Under the pieces are notes generated by a model. The model ran no database searches. It saw only the letters and a program-made list of their open reading frames with translations, and was not told the origin of the DNA. Shown piece by piece: positions 36,621 to 46,623 of a stretch of DNA of 64,000 nt (position 1 is its first letter; each line of letters begins with the position of its first letter). A program made the position numbers and the translations under genes. Source of the stretch: Heteronotia binoei (taxonomy: Eukaryota); contig NC_083232.1 of assembly GCF_032191835.1 (NCBI RefSeq), positions 92,752,001 to 92,816,000 on the forward strand, given 5' to 3'.

Positions 36621-37615
36621 CAATGGCTCAGGCAAGCTTGCTCCTCTCAGGTTCCACTGGAGCTGAAACTGCCTTAATTCTCTTCCTAGGCTGGGGAAGG
36701 AGTGGGGAGGCTGAAGCTTTGGAAGAACTACCGTATTTTTCGCACCATCAGGCGCTCCGGACGATAGGACGCACCTTCCTGGGAGGGGGCGATCCGCTGC
36801 CTCCGATCCCGGGGCTCCCCCGCGCCTGCCTGCCTGGCTCCAGCTTTTTGCAGCAAGCGCTGGGATCGCTCCCTCCGCCCTCCGATCCCAGCGCTTGCTT
36901 TAAGAGTCACAGCTGAAGCCAGTCTGTCAGGCAAGGAGAAAGCACCCATCCCCTCCGCAAAGCCAGCGCTTCACCGCCGCGCACCAGCTCGATCACGGGC
37001 ACCGGCGCGGCAGGGGAGGGGGTGGCCCGCCGGTCTCCTTGGCAACCCCATAGAGCAAGGCCGACTCCCCCAGGAGCGCCATCCCCCCACACCGTCCCGC
37101 CTGGCCGCTGCGGCTGTTGCTGCTGCTGCCGGAACCCAAGCCCAAATCCGGCTCGCCGACGCCCTCTGCTCTAGCGCTGCGTGCTGCATCCCACGACGGG
37201 TCACTGGGGGACCTCTCCATCAGTATCCTGGCGAGAAAGCGGGGAGAGAAGACGGCTGAAAGAGGAGGCGGCGGCAGAGAGGGCACGCACCCAGCCAGCC
37301 AGACACTCGCTGCCGAGGGGAGGGGAGCCCAAGAGGAAGGGAAGGAGGCACGCCAGAGAGGAGGGGGGGCGGCAGGGAGAACGCCAGCGGAGAAATGCCC
37401 AATTGAGACACGCAGCCAGCAAGGGCTGGGCGAGGAGGGCGAGCCTCCCCACGGCCGGCTGGGCTGCCCTTCGGCCCGGGGGAAGCAGGGGGGGGGGAGG
37501 ATCTGGCGCAAGGATTTCCTGGCCCCTCGACCTGCGGCACCCTCACAGCCCGAGAGCTTCACCTGGGCCTCCTCCTCCTCCGCCTTCCTTCTTCGGCCAG
37601 CTCCTGGCCGATGCC
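36621..37615. mobile_element. Displaced copy of the DIRS ORF1 flank plus the left arm of the Tc2-like foldback element
   Basis: 36621-36950 matches 43915-44250, including TA+CCGTATTTTTCGCACCAT at 36729. About 36975-37615 is the reverse complement of ~45385-46010. Confidence 0.85.
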
Positions 37616-37644
37616 ACTACTACTGCTACTGCTATTACTATTAT

Positions 37645-38418
37645 TACAGTGTGCGATTGCAATAAAAAAGGCCAACGCCATGCTGGGAATTATTAGGAAG
37701 GGAACTGAAAACAAATCAGCCACTATCATTTTGCCCCTGCATAAATCGATGGTGCGGTCTCATTTGGAATACTGTGTATGATTCTGGTCACCGCACTTCA
37801 AAAAGGATATTATAGCACTGGAAAAAGTCCAGAAAAGGGCAACTAGAATGGTTCAAGGCTTGGAACACTTTCCCTATGAAGAAAGGTTAAAACGCTTGGG
37901 GCTCTTTGGCTTGGAGAAACGTCGACTGCGGGGTGACATGATAGAGGTTTACAAGACTACGCATGGGATGGAGAAAGTAGAGAAAGAAGTACTTTTCTCC
38001 CTTTCTCACAATACAAGCATTCATGGGCATTCAATGACATTGCTGAGCAGTCGGGTTATAACAGATAAAAGAAAGTACTTCTTCCCCCAAAGGGTGATTA
38101 ACATGTGGAATACACTGCCACAGGAGGTGGTGGCGGCGGCTACAAGCATAGCCAGCTTCAACAGGGGATTAGATAAACATATGGAGCAGAGGTTCATCAG
38201 TGGCTATTAGCCACAGCATAGTGTTGGAACTGTCTGGGGCAGTGATGCTCTGTATCCTTGGTACTCTGCGGGGGCGACAAAGTGGAAGGGCTTCTAGTCC
38301 CACTTCTGAACCTCCTGATGGCACTTGGGGTTTCTTTTCTTTTTTTTGGCCACTGTGTGTCACACAGTGTTGAACTGGATCGGCCACTGGCCTGATCCAA
38401 CATGGTTTCTCTTATGTT
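37645..38418 (+). mobile_element. CR1 3' fragment (duplicate of 33722-34495)
   Basis: Near-identical ORF at 37848-38210. Confidence 0.95.
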
Positions 38419-38437
38419 TTTATTATTTAGACTGCAG

Positions 38438-38520
38438 ACTCCAATCGATATGATGAAGTATGGCGTTACATCGTTGAAAACGACCTCATCGCCGAGGATC
38501 TGGAGGAGGTCTCCAGTGAG
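38438..38520 (+). CDS. Exon B (unit 3)
   Basis: 83 nt with AG|...|GTAAGG: (D)SNRYDEVWRYIVENDLIAEDLEEVSSE. Confidence 0.6.
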
Positions 38521-39389
38521 GTAAGGGACCGAGAGAGGAATACAGACCCACAGGCAGGCAGTGAGAACCTGCTGGGGCCTGGAAATGAGTCAGGGAGGGG
38601 GGAAAGGCACAACAGAAGTCCTCTTGTGGAAGCTGTCGATGAAGAAGAATGCCTGGGAACACAGCGGAAATATACATTCTTTGATAATAAAGAAGAACAC
38701 CAGAGATCCTTTTTGGATGAACACCTCAACTGAACATTCTTTGTGCTAATGCTGTGACCCATCAGTGTACTAGGGGAACTTCCACAAACATATCAAGCTG
38801 CTTTTAGTAGACTGAGACACTTGGTTTGATGCTTACCTTTCGTTTGACATAACTTTGACTGGCTGTAGCTCACCTCTTCCCCTGTACCTGATGCCTGAGA
38901 TCTCCTTAAGTGGAAAATGAACAGGAGGCCTCCTGCATGCCGAACAGGGGCTCTACCCATTGAGCCCTCCTACCAACCAACCATCCACTGTGAAACCAGA
39001 TCAGCCTCTGGGGTTGCCTTAGGCAGAGTCAGATCATCGTTCCCCACTAGCTCTCCTGGGCCTCTGGAAGAGAGAACTTTGAGATCCTTCAAAGATGCCA
39101 GGAACTGAATAGGGGACCTTCCGTACATGCTCTGGTGCCGAGGTGCAGCCCTCCATGTTCTAAGCAGACTTCAGTGGTCCACAGCATGACTGGATGCGGG
39201 GTGGGGGCTGAATGTCTTCTCCAGAGCCACCTAAGAAGTAAATAGCCAAGACCAGAAGAGGTCTGTGACACCTCCTTGCAGGTAGCAACGCTTGCATGGA
39301 AATGACAGAGGGGTTCATGCTGTTCACTGTCTCAGAATATCTGCTCTTGCAAAAAGTCTGAAGCTTTCCTTTGTTTCCTCACCTTCCAG

Positions 39390-39485
39390 ACCTCCATACC
39401 AAGCTGCTCAACGACCAGCCCCGTGGTCTCCAGCAGTGACTCCATCCAGCGATCTGATGGAGTCCATGATACCATCCTGCTGGAG
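39390..39485 (+). CDS. Exon D (unit 3)
   Basis: 96 nt, open: TSIPSCSTTSPVVSSSDSIQRSDGVHDTILLE. Confidence 0.55.
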
Positions 39486-40340
39486 GTAGGCCGGCCCAGT
39501 CCCAACTCCTCATCCTGTCAGTGACTGCAAGGAGACCAAGAGGGTTGGAAACCTGCCCTCCTTGATGGTTTCTCCCCACCTTCTTTTACTCCTTCTGTGT
39601 GCAGAAGCTCTCCTGAGCCCTCCAGAGAGCCCAGTCTTCCACAAGTCCCTCTCATCCATGGGTCACTTCATGACTATGCGGATGAATATGTTTGGATACA
39701 GGCATAGCTGGTGTGCTCCCTTTGGTACCCTGTGCATAATTCTGGGCTCTCCACTTACAAAAGGAGCTCGCAGAGCGCAGCAGTGAAAAGTTCAGAAAGG
39801 ACCAGCCATAAGAAGCCAAATGCTGGAACTCCTTCCCTACAGGAGAAGGCTAAAACGTTTAGGCTTGTCAGCTGAGGAGAAAGTGGAGTGAAAATGCATG
39901 GGAAGTAGCTAGCCCAAGTGTCTGCTTTGACTAGGCAGCTTCCCAGGGATCCCCTGTGGATCCTCCTGCTTTGGAGACAGACACAAGATCCAAAGAGATC
40001 TGAACCCTGCAGCGACAGCTTCTCCTCCTTTCCAGAAGAAGCTGCTGGTGCGAGGAACAGATTGTTCGGTCCAGGAGGGAATCCTCCCCGCTTTCCCAGC
40101 TGGCTGTGAGAATGCTGATTGGCTGGCCTGAGGGACAATCCTAAGGCCCTGCCCCCTTGGCTCGATGGAGTCTTGCTTGGCTGGCCTTTACAATGACCTC
40201 CAAGCCATCTCCCTGCCTCTCATCTGCCTGGCAAGAGTACTGCATGCGTCTTCCAGAACTGTGCCCCATTTCCTTCAGAATTCCCCGCTCAGAAGCCTTC
40301 TTAGCACAGGCTCATTTGGTGGTCTCTCTTTTGATTTCAG

Positions 40341-40580
40341 ACCCAGCCTGCACCGGAGAGGCGCACGCCAGCACCACCTCCCCAGGAAACCAGCAGTGAG
40401 GGGGATCAGCCCACACCATCGGCTGATCCGCCAAATAACACCAGGCGCCCCTCCTGCTGGTCTTTTATATCTCGCCTGGGGGGGTGGGTGGCCGGAAGAT
40501 CGAGCGCCTCTCCGGGTAACATCGTCAGGCGGCTGAGGCGTTGGGCAGCCCGGCGAGGAGGTCGTGTGCACCCTCAATAA
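40341..40580 (+). CDS. Terminal exon A (unit 3), intact to the stop codon
   Basis: 240 nt: TQPAPERRTPAPPPQETSSEGDQPTPSADPPNNTRRPSCWSFISRLGGWVAGRSSASPGNIVRRLRRWAARRGGRVHPQ*. Confidence 0.55.
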   Translation, partial: TQPAPERRTPAPPPQETSSEGDQPTPSADPPNNTRRPSCWSFISRLGGWVAGRSSASPGNIVRRLRRWAARRGGRVHPQ

Positions 40581-41699
40581 GATCTGAGGTATTGTCCGAA
40601 GTCCTTTGTTTGTTTCTTCCGTTTGGAAATGTATGGATTTGATTTACATTTAACGCATGTTAATATGTTCATGTTTGTGGAGATGTTCAGTAATGATATG
40701 AACAACAGTTGTTTTAATAGCAAACTTTGTGAGCTACTCGCATTAAAGTTGTGAGCTACTGCATAAATTATTGTGCTCTGGGGCCATTTTTCCTGACCTA
40801 AGACAAAAAGGTGTGAGCTGGAGGCTAAAATTCTGTGAGCTGCTTCATGCTAACTCAGCATCGAGGGAACACTGGTTGTGGGGGTGGTCATTCTTACTCT
40901 GGTGCCTGGGGGTTGACATGTTTGCATTGGACAGGGTCAGTGTGGATCCGGACATGATGGCACGGGTTCGTCAGGTGGTCTGCTTTGATCAGTACATGGT
41001 TCAGAGCACCACCCTCACTGGCAGCCACCAATTCAGAATCTTCCCTGCTTTGCTGGGTAAGGTTGATATTGTCAGTATCCAGTGCCGCAGTGCGGGTAGT
41101 ATCACCCGAATGTCACAGTTCCAGGGAGTTTACCGAACGTGCTGGTGTTTACAAGATTTGAGAGGTACCAACGTAGAGGAAGTTGGATCTGGAGGCAGGT
41201 GGAAGGTACCAGTGTAAGAACCACTAAGCCATGAGGCAGGCTCCTTGGTTTCTTCTTATCTAAGTATGATAATCTGTCTTCACTCAGCTTATGATGTTTT
41301 TCCTTCTTTCTCTTTTTTGCAGGAGATGTTGGTGGACGCCTTTTGGTGAAGTGCTAAACATTTATTCATAGTTTTAGTAATATGGTATAGTTTTTTGTAG
41401 TTTTTAGTATCTACTTACTTATTACTTAGGAATACATTTACTTGTTCTTGGGGGAAGGGAGGGGGGCTTGGGGGATAACTCTTAATACAGTTCAAAGCAT
41501 TTGTTAAACTTTAGCAATTTATAATAACTTTCATTACTACATTTTAGTAATTTCTCTTCATCAGGCAATGCTAAAAGCATTCAGCATTAGTTATGGAGAA
41601 AGTTTTGTATGCAAATCCTTTCTTTTCCCATACAGCCATAGTTTACTCTTTAACATCTATTCAGTAAACCTTCTCACCAAGAACTTTCACCCTACTGGT

Positions 41700-44019
41700 C
41701 TAACCACTGCTGAGGGCATCTAAAGCACTTCTGCGTTGTCCTCCCATCCTTTGGAGATCCTTTGCCCATGGCAAACAGATCCATCTTGCCATACCTGTGG
41801 CACAGGATCTAAAATGTCCAGCACGCACTCCGTCTGGTCTATCGTTTATCTGCTCAGCCAGTCTGCCAAGACATCGTCCTTCCCGGCTATAAGGACAGCT
41901 TTGACCGAAAGAAGAGTGTCCTCTGCCCAAGCCATCAGTGTATGAGCTTCCTGGAACAGGGACGTGATCCTGGTTCCTCCTTGTCCATTCGCATAGGATT
42001 TTGCCATCACACTGTCGCTTTTCACTAGTACGTGTTGAACTCTGAGCAAGTCTTGGAAATGCAGAAGGCCTATACGAATCGCCCATAGCTCTAGCAAATT
42101 TATGCTCCTCTTGGCTTCCTCCAAGTTCCACTGTCACTGTGTCATCAGGCCCTGGCAGTGTGCTCCCCTGGCAGTGTGCTCCCCTGAAAGACTGGCATCC
42201 ATCGTCATGGTGATTCTAAGTGGTTCCCGGATTGGTACACCCCGAACAAAGTGGGAGGGAGCTCTTCACCATTGAAGCCGAAGCTGGAGTTCTGTTGGCA
42301 GCTTCACCCACTTGGGCAGTTTGAAGACGATAATCCGTTGAAAGGGGATAAGAAAGTGCTGTAATGTCGAGTGTGAAAACATGCCCAGTGAAGCACATCC
42401 TGGCAAGATACCATCATGCCTAGAAGTTGGGCCAATGTCATCACCTGAAACCTTGGCAACAAAAGAACTTCATCCAGGAGAACTTGAAATCTCCCCAGTC
42501 TGTCGGCAGACAGGAACACTTTGTCCTGTTGGGTGTTTATTAGCACCCCCAGGTGAACCAACCGTTGTGATGGGACCAGGTTGCTCTTGGTCAGGTTGAC
42601 TAAGAAGCCATGGGCCTGCAGGGTCCCCACCATGAGATCGGTTGCCTCCTGGCTCTGTTGCCACAATGGAGCCCTGACCAGAATGAGGATGCACACGACC
42701 TCTTCACTTGGCTGCCCAACTCCTCAGCAGCCTACAGATGCTCCCCAAAGAGCCTTCAGATCTTCCGGCCATTTCCCCCTCCTCAGGCAAGAAAGAAATG
42801 GCCAGTAGCAGGAGGGATGCCTGATCTTACTGGGTGACTCAGCTGATGTTGTTGGTTCATCCCCTCCCCCCTGCTGCTGGTTTCCTGAGAGGGTGGTGCT
42901 TGCATTGGCCTCTCTGGTGCAAGCTGTGCCTGAAGTAAAAAGAGAGGTAACCAGATGAAGCCATGAGCCCGCAGGGTCTCCACCGTGAGTTCACTTGCCT
43001 CCTGGCTCTGTTACCACGATGGAACCCTGACCAGAATGAGAATGCACATGACCTTTTCGCTTGGCTGCCCAACTTTTCAGCCGCCTGCAGATGCTCCCCA
43101 AAGAGCCTTCAGATCGTCCGGACATTTCCCCCTCCTCAGGCAAGAAAGAAATGGCCAGTAGCAGGAGGGATGCCCGATTGTAATGGGCAACTCAGCTGAT
43201 GTTGTTGGCTGATCCCCTCCCTTCTGCTGCTGGTTTCCTGGGAGGGTGGTACTTGCGATCGCCCCTCCAATGCAGGCTGTGCCTGAAGTCAAAACAGAGG
43301 CCACCAAATGAAGCTGTGGGCCTGCAGGGTCTCCACTGTGAGTTTGGTTGCCTCCTGGCTCCGTTGCCACGATGGAGCTCTGACCAGAAGGAGGATGCAC
43401 ACGACCTCTTCGCTTGGCTGTCCAACTCTTTAGCTGCCTGAAGATGTTCCCCGGAGAGGCTCCAGATATTTCAGCCATTTTCCGTCTCAGGCAAGAAAGA
43501 AATGGGAAGCAGCAGAAGGGATGCCCGATGGTATAGGGCGACTCAGCTGGTGTTGTTGGCTGATCCCCCCCACCCCCCAGCTAGTGGCTGCCTGGGTGGG
43601 TGGTGCTTGCGTTGGCCTCTCCGGTGCAGACTGTGCCTCTGTTTGATTAATACCCATTTCAGGCTTCATTCTCTCCGATCCCGAAGAGAGGCTGGGGACT
43701 AAACCCTCATCCTCCTTGCGCGTGGTTGAAAAGTCCAGCTCCCAGAGCACCTTGGGCAGGAGTTCAGAAGAAACCTTTGCTGAGAAAAGCCTAGACTGTT
43801 CTATTGTAGTCACCTCCTCCTCCTCCTCTGATAGTTCCCCTTCCTCCCTCACCGAGGACTGGCTAGAGTCACCGGAATCATCCTCGTCCTGGGAACTGTC
43901 TCTGGGAGACTCAGTGGCTAAGGCAAGCTTGCTCCTCTCAGGTTCCACTGGAGCTGAAACTGCCTTAATTCTCTTCCTAGGCTGGGGAAGGAGTGGGGAG
44001 GCTGAAACTTTGGAAGAAC
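41700..44019 (-). mobile_element. DIRS-type retrotransposon, decayed: ORF1 part, RT C-terminus, RNase H, start of the methyltransferase-like domain
   Basis: ILVRAPLWQQSQEATDLMVGTLQAHGFLVNLTKSNLVPSQRLVHLGVLINT (RT); SINLLELWAIR...VLVKSDSVMAKSYANGQGGTR...WAE...IAGKDDVLADWLSR (RNase H); DLFA motif; acidic ORF1 EEGELSEEEEE...LFSAKVSSELLPKVLWEL. Confidence 0.88.
42610..43665 (-). repeat. Three tandem ~353-bp units of [exon A homolog + DIRS RT fragment]
   Basis: The marker C(T/C)GCAGGGTC(C/T)CCAC recurs near 42616, 42970 and 43322. Each unit contains ...KRRGRVHP-like exon A sequence. Confidence 0.85.
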
Positions 44020-44479
44020 TACCGTATTTTTCGCACCATAAGGCGCTCCGGACGATCGGACGCACCTTCCTGGGAGGGGGCGATCCGCTGCCTCCGCCTC
44101 CGATCCCGGCGCTTCCCCACGCCTGCCTGCCTGGCTCCAGCTTTTTGCAGCAAGCGCTGGGATCGCTCCCTCCGCCCTCCGATCCCAGCGCTTGCTTTAA
44201 GAGTCACAGCTGAAGCCAGTCTGTCAGGCAAGGAGAAAGCACCCACCCCCTGGCCCCTCGACCTGCGGCACCCTCACAGCCCGGGAGCTTCACCTGGGCC
44301 TCCTCCTTCCTTCTTCGGCCGGCTCCTGGTCGATGCCCCCCGGGCACCCCGGAGACTAACACCCCAGAGGAGCCCGACGGAGAGAAGGGGGAGGCCTCTT
44401 CCTTGCGGCCCCGGGAGGAAGCTGACAATCTGCTGGAGCCCTGAAGCGGTCTTCAGCCTCCCTGCCCCCCCCCCGCCAC

Positions 44480-45350
44480 CTTGACAAAGAGTGAGATGTC
44501 GTGCTCTTGCTTCTCTCCTCCCAAAGCCTTCCCCTGGCGCCGCGTCCTCCTCCTCCCCTCCCCGCACGTCGTTGACCCCCACAGCCGGCTCAGCTTCCCC
44601 TTCTACAGTCTCCTCCTCGAGGGGCTTCCGACACGGCGGCCTCCTGTTCCCACCCCATCGTAGCCCTGCTCCACTCGTTGGGCTCTTCTCTCAAGCCGGC
44701 AGCCTCCACCAGTTCTTCGCCACCCCAGGGCTGCTGCTGCTGGCTGGCTCCCCCTCGAGCTGTGCCCCCGCTGCGCTTCTCTCGCCGCCGACCTCTTCTG
44801 CCGCCTCCCCTCCTTCCCCCAGTCCATCTCGCCCGACAGCGGCGCTTGTCTCCTCTATAGCGCCTTCTCCCGGTCTGGGTGCACTCGACGGGCTTTCTGC
44901 CATCCTCGGCGGCTCTTCTGCTGGGGCAACCTCGGCGGCAGCCTCCTGTTCCCACCCCATCGTAGCCCCGCTCCACTCGCTGGGCTCTTCTCTCCCACCG
45001 GCAGCCTCCGCCAGCTCTCGCTCAGTGCGGGCTGCCTCCGAGGACTCCTCTGCTTCTGGAGGCCTCCCTCCGTCACCTGCCTCTTCCTTCTCTCCGTCGG
45101 GCTCCTCTGGGGCTCCTCTGCCCTTGTCGACCTCTCCTTCCGAGCTGCCCTCTAGGCTGTGCCCGGCCGCTGGGGTCGTCTAGCTCTTGGCGCGCTGCCG
45201 CGGGACTCCCCCCCCCACCCCCTCACCCGCCGGCTCCCCTGCCTTGAGTCCTCGGTCGGAGACTGCCAAGCCCCGAAGGGTAGCCACCTTGATCCTGGAG
45301 CTCTGCCCTCCTTCCCCGCCCGGTCCCACCCAAGGGCCTCTTCCCTCCCT
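44480..45350 (-). pseudogene. CLIC6: Captured fragment of CLIC6-like exon 1, with frameshifts
   Basis: A minus-strand Glu/Gly/Ala-rich reading ends ...VGVNDVRGGEEEDAAPGEG..GGEKQEHDISLFVK, followed immediately by GT at 44479-44478. As I recall it, human CLIC6 exon 1 ends RVNGRREDGEASEPRALGQEHDITLFVK. About three frameshifts are present. Confidence 0.75.
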
Positions 45351-46011
45351 CCAGTTAGTCTCCGGGGCGCCCGGGGGGCATCGGCCAAGAGCCGGCCGAA
45401 GAAGGAAGGCCGAGGAGGAGGAGGAGGCCCAGGTGAAGCTCCCCGGCTGTGAGGGTGCCGCAGGTCGAGGGGCCAGGAAATCCTTGCAACAGATCCTCCC
45501 CTCCCCCGCTTCCCCCGGGCCGAAGGGCAGCCCAGCCAGCCGTGAGGAGGCTCGCCCTCCTCGCCCAGCCCTTGCTGGCTGCGTGTCTCAATTGGGCATT
45601 TCTCCGCTGGCGTTTTCCCTGCCGCCCCCCCTCCTCTCTGGCGTGCCTCCTTCCCTTCCTCTTGGGCTCCCCTCCCCTCGGCAGCGAGTGTCTGGCCAGC
45701 TGGGTGCGCGCCCTCTCTGCCACCGCCGCCTCTTTCAGCCGTGTGCTCTCCCCGCTTTCTCGCCAGGATGCTGATGGAGAGGTCCCCCAGTGACACGCCG
45801 CGAGATGCAGCGCGCGGCGCTGGAGTAGAGGGCGTCGGCGAGCCGGATTTGGGCTTGGGCTCCGGCAGCAGCAGCAGCAGCGGCCATGCTGAGCAGCGCG
45901 GGGGGATGGCGCTCCCGGGGGAGCCGGCCTTGCTCTATGGGGTTGCCAAGGAGACCGGCGGGCCACCCCCTCCCCTGCCGTGCCGGAGCCCGTGATCGAG
46001 CTGGTGCGCGG

Positions 46012-46330
46012 CAGCTGCCCTATAAAAGGCAGGGAGACGCCGGCTGGAGCGAAGCAGAGCCAGCCGGGAGACAGCGGTAGCAGCAACAGAGCGCCCGCAG
46101 CCTTCACCTTCGCCACGGGCCCCCGGCACGCCTCCCACTGGCGGCAGCAGCAGCCACGACGCCCGCATGGTGCAGCTCAGCCCCGCCGCAGCGCCCGCCC
46201 TCCCGCTCCAGCCGCCCGGCAGAGCCATGCTCTACGGCCTCGGAGCCCCGCTCAGTGCCCCCAGCAGGTCCATTGCTCCCGCTCGCCAGCCGGCCTCTGC
46301 ACTCCGAGGCAAGGAGAAAGCACGCTCCCC
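46012..46330 (+). promoter_or_regulatory. CpG-rich promoter/first-exon-like segment inside the TIR element arm
   Basis: CAGCTG at 46012, TATAAAA at 46021, a GC-rich leader, and ATG at 46167 (MVQLSPAAAPALPLQPPGRAMLYG). Confidence 0.35.
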
Positions 46331-46623
46331 TCTCCACAGCCGGCGCTCATGAAGCACTGGCTTTGCAGAGGGGGTGGGTGCTTTCTCCTTGCCTGACAGA
46401 CTGGCTTCAGCTGTGACTCTTAAAGCAAGCGCTGGGATCGGAGGGCAGAGGGAGCGATCCCAGCGCTTGCTGCAAAAAGCTGGAGCCAGGCAGGCAGGCG
46501 CGGAGGCAGCGGATCACGCCCCCCCCTGGAAGGTACGTTCCTTTGCTCCATAAGATGCACCCACTTCCCCCTTCCCATTTTTTTTGGCGGAAAAGTGCGT
46601 CTTATGGTGCGAAAAATACGGTA

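Larger units (their letters stand above)
44022..46621. mobile_element. Non-autonomous Tc1/mariner (Tc2/Kanga-like) TIR element, 2600 bp, foldback structure with captured host DNA
   Basis: Perfect 21-bp TIRs CCGTATTTTTCGCACCATAAG and a TA TSD (44020-21, 46622-23). Removing the element restores the DIRS ORF1 frame (ELTKGF-SSSKVSASP). Confidence 0.9.

Noticed and set aside
40875-41690. 148-aa ORF, a GVYKI string and a CTGATGA...GAAA motif on the minus strand (~41515-41570)
   Set aside because: It hints at a Penelope remnant, but the GIY-YIG context and hammerhead stems do not fit properly.
44491-45183. 230-aa plus-strand Ser/Pro/Ala ORF and the many other ORFs in 44-46.5 kb
   Set aside because: These are antisense or alternative-frame shadows of GC-rich, stop-poor sequence; the informative reading is the frameshifted minus-strand CLIC6-like one.
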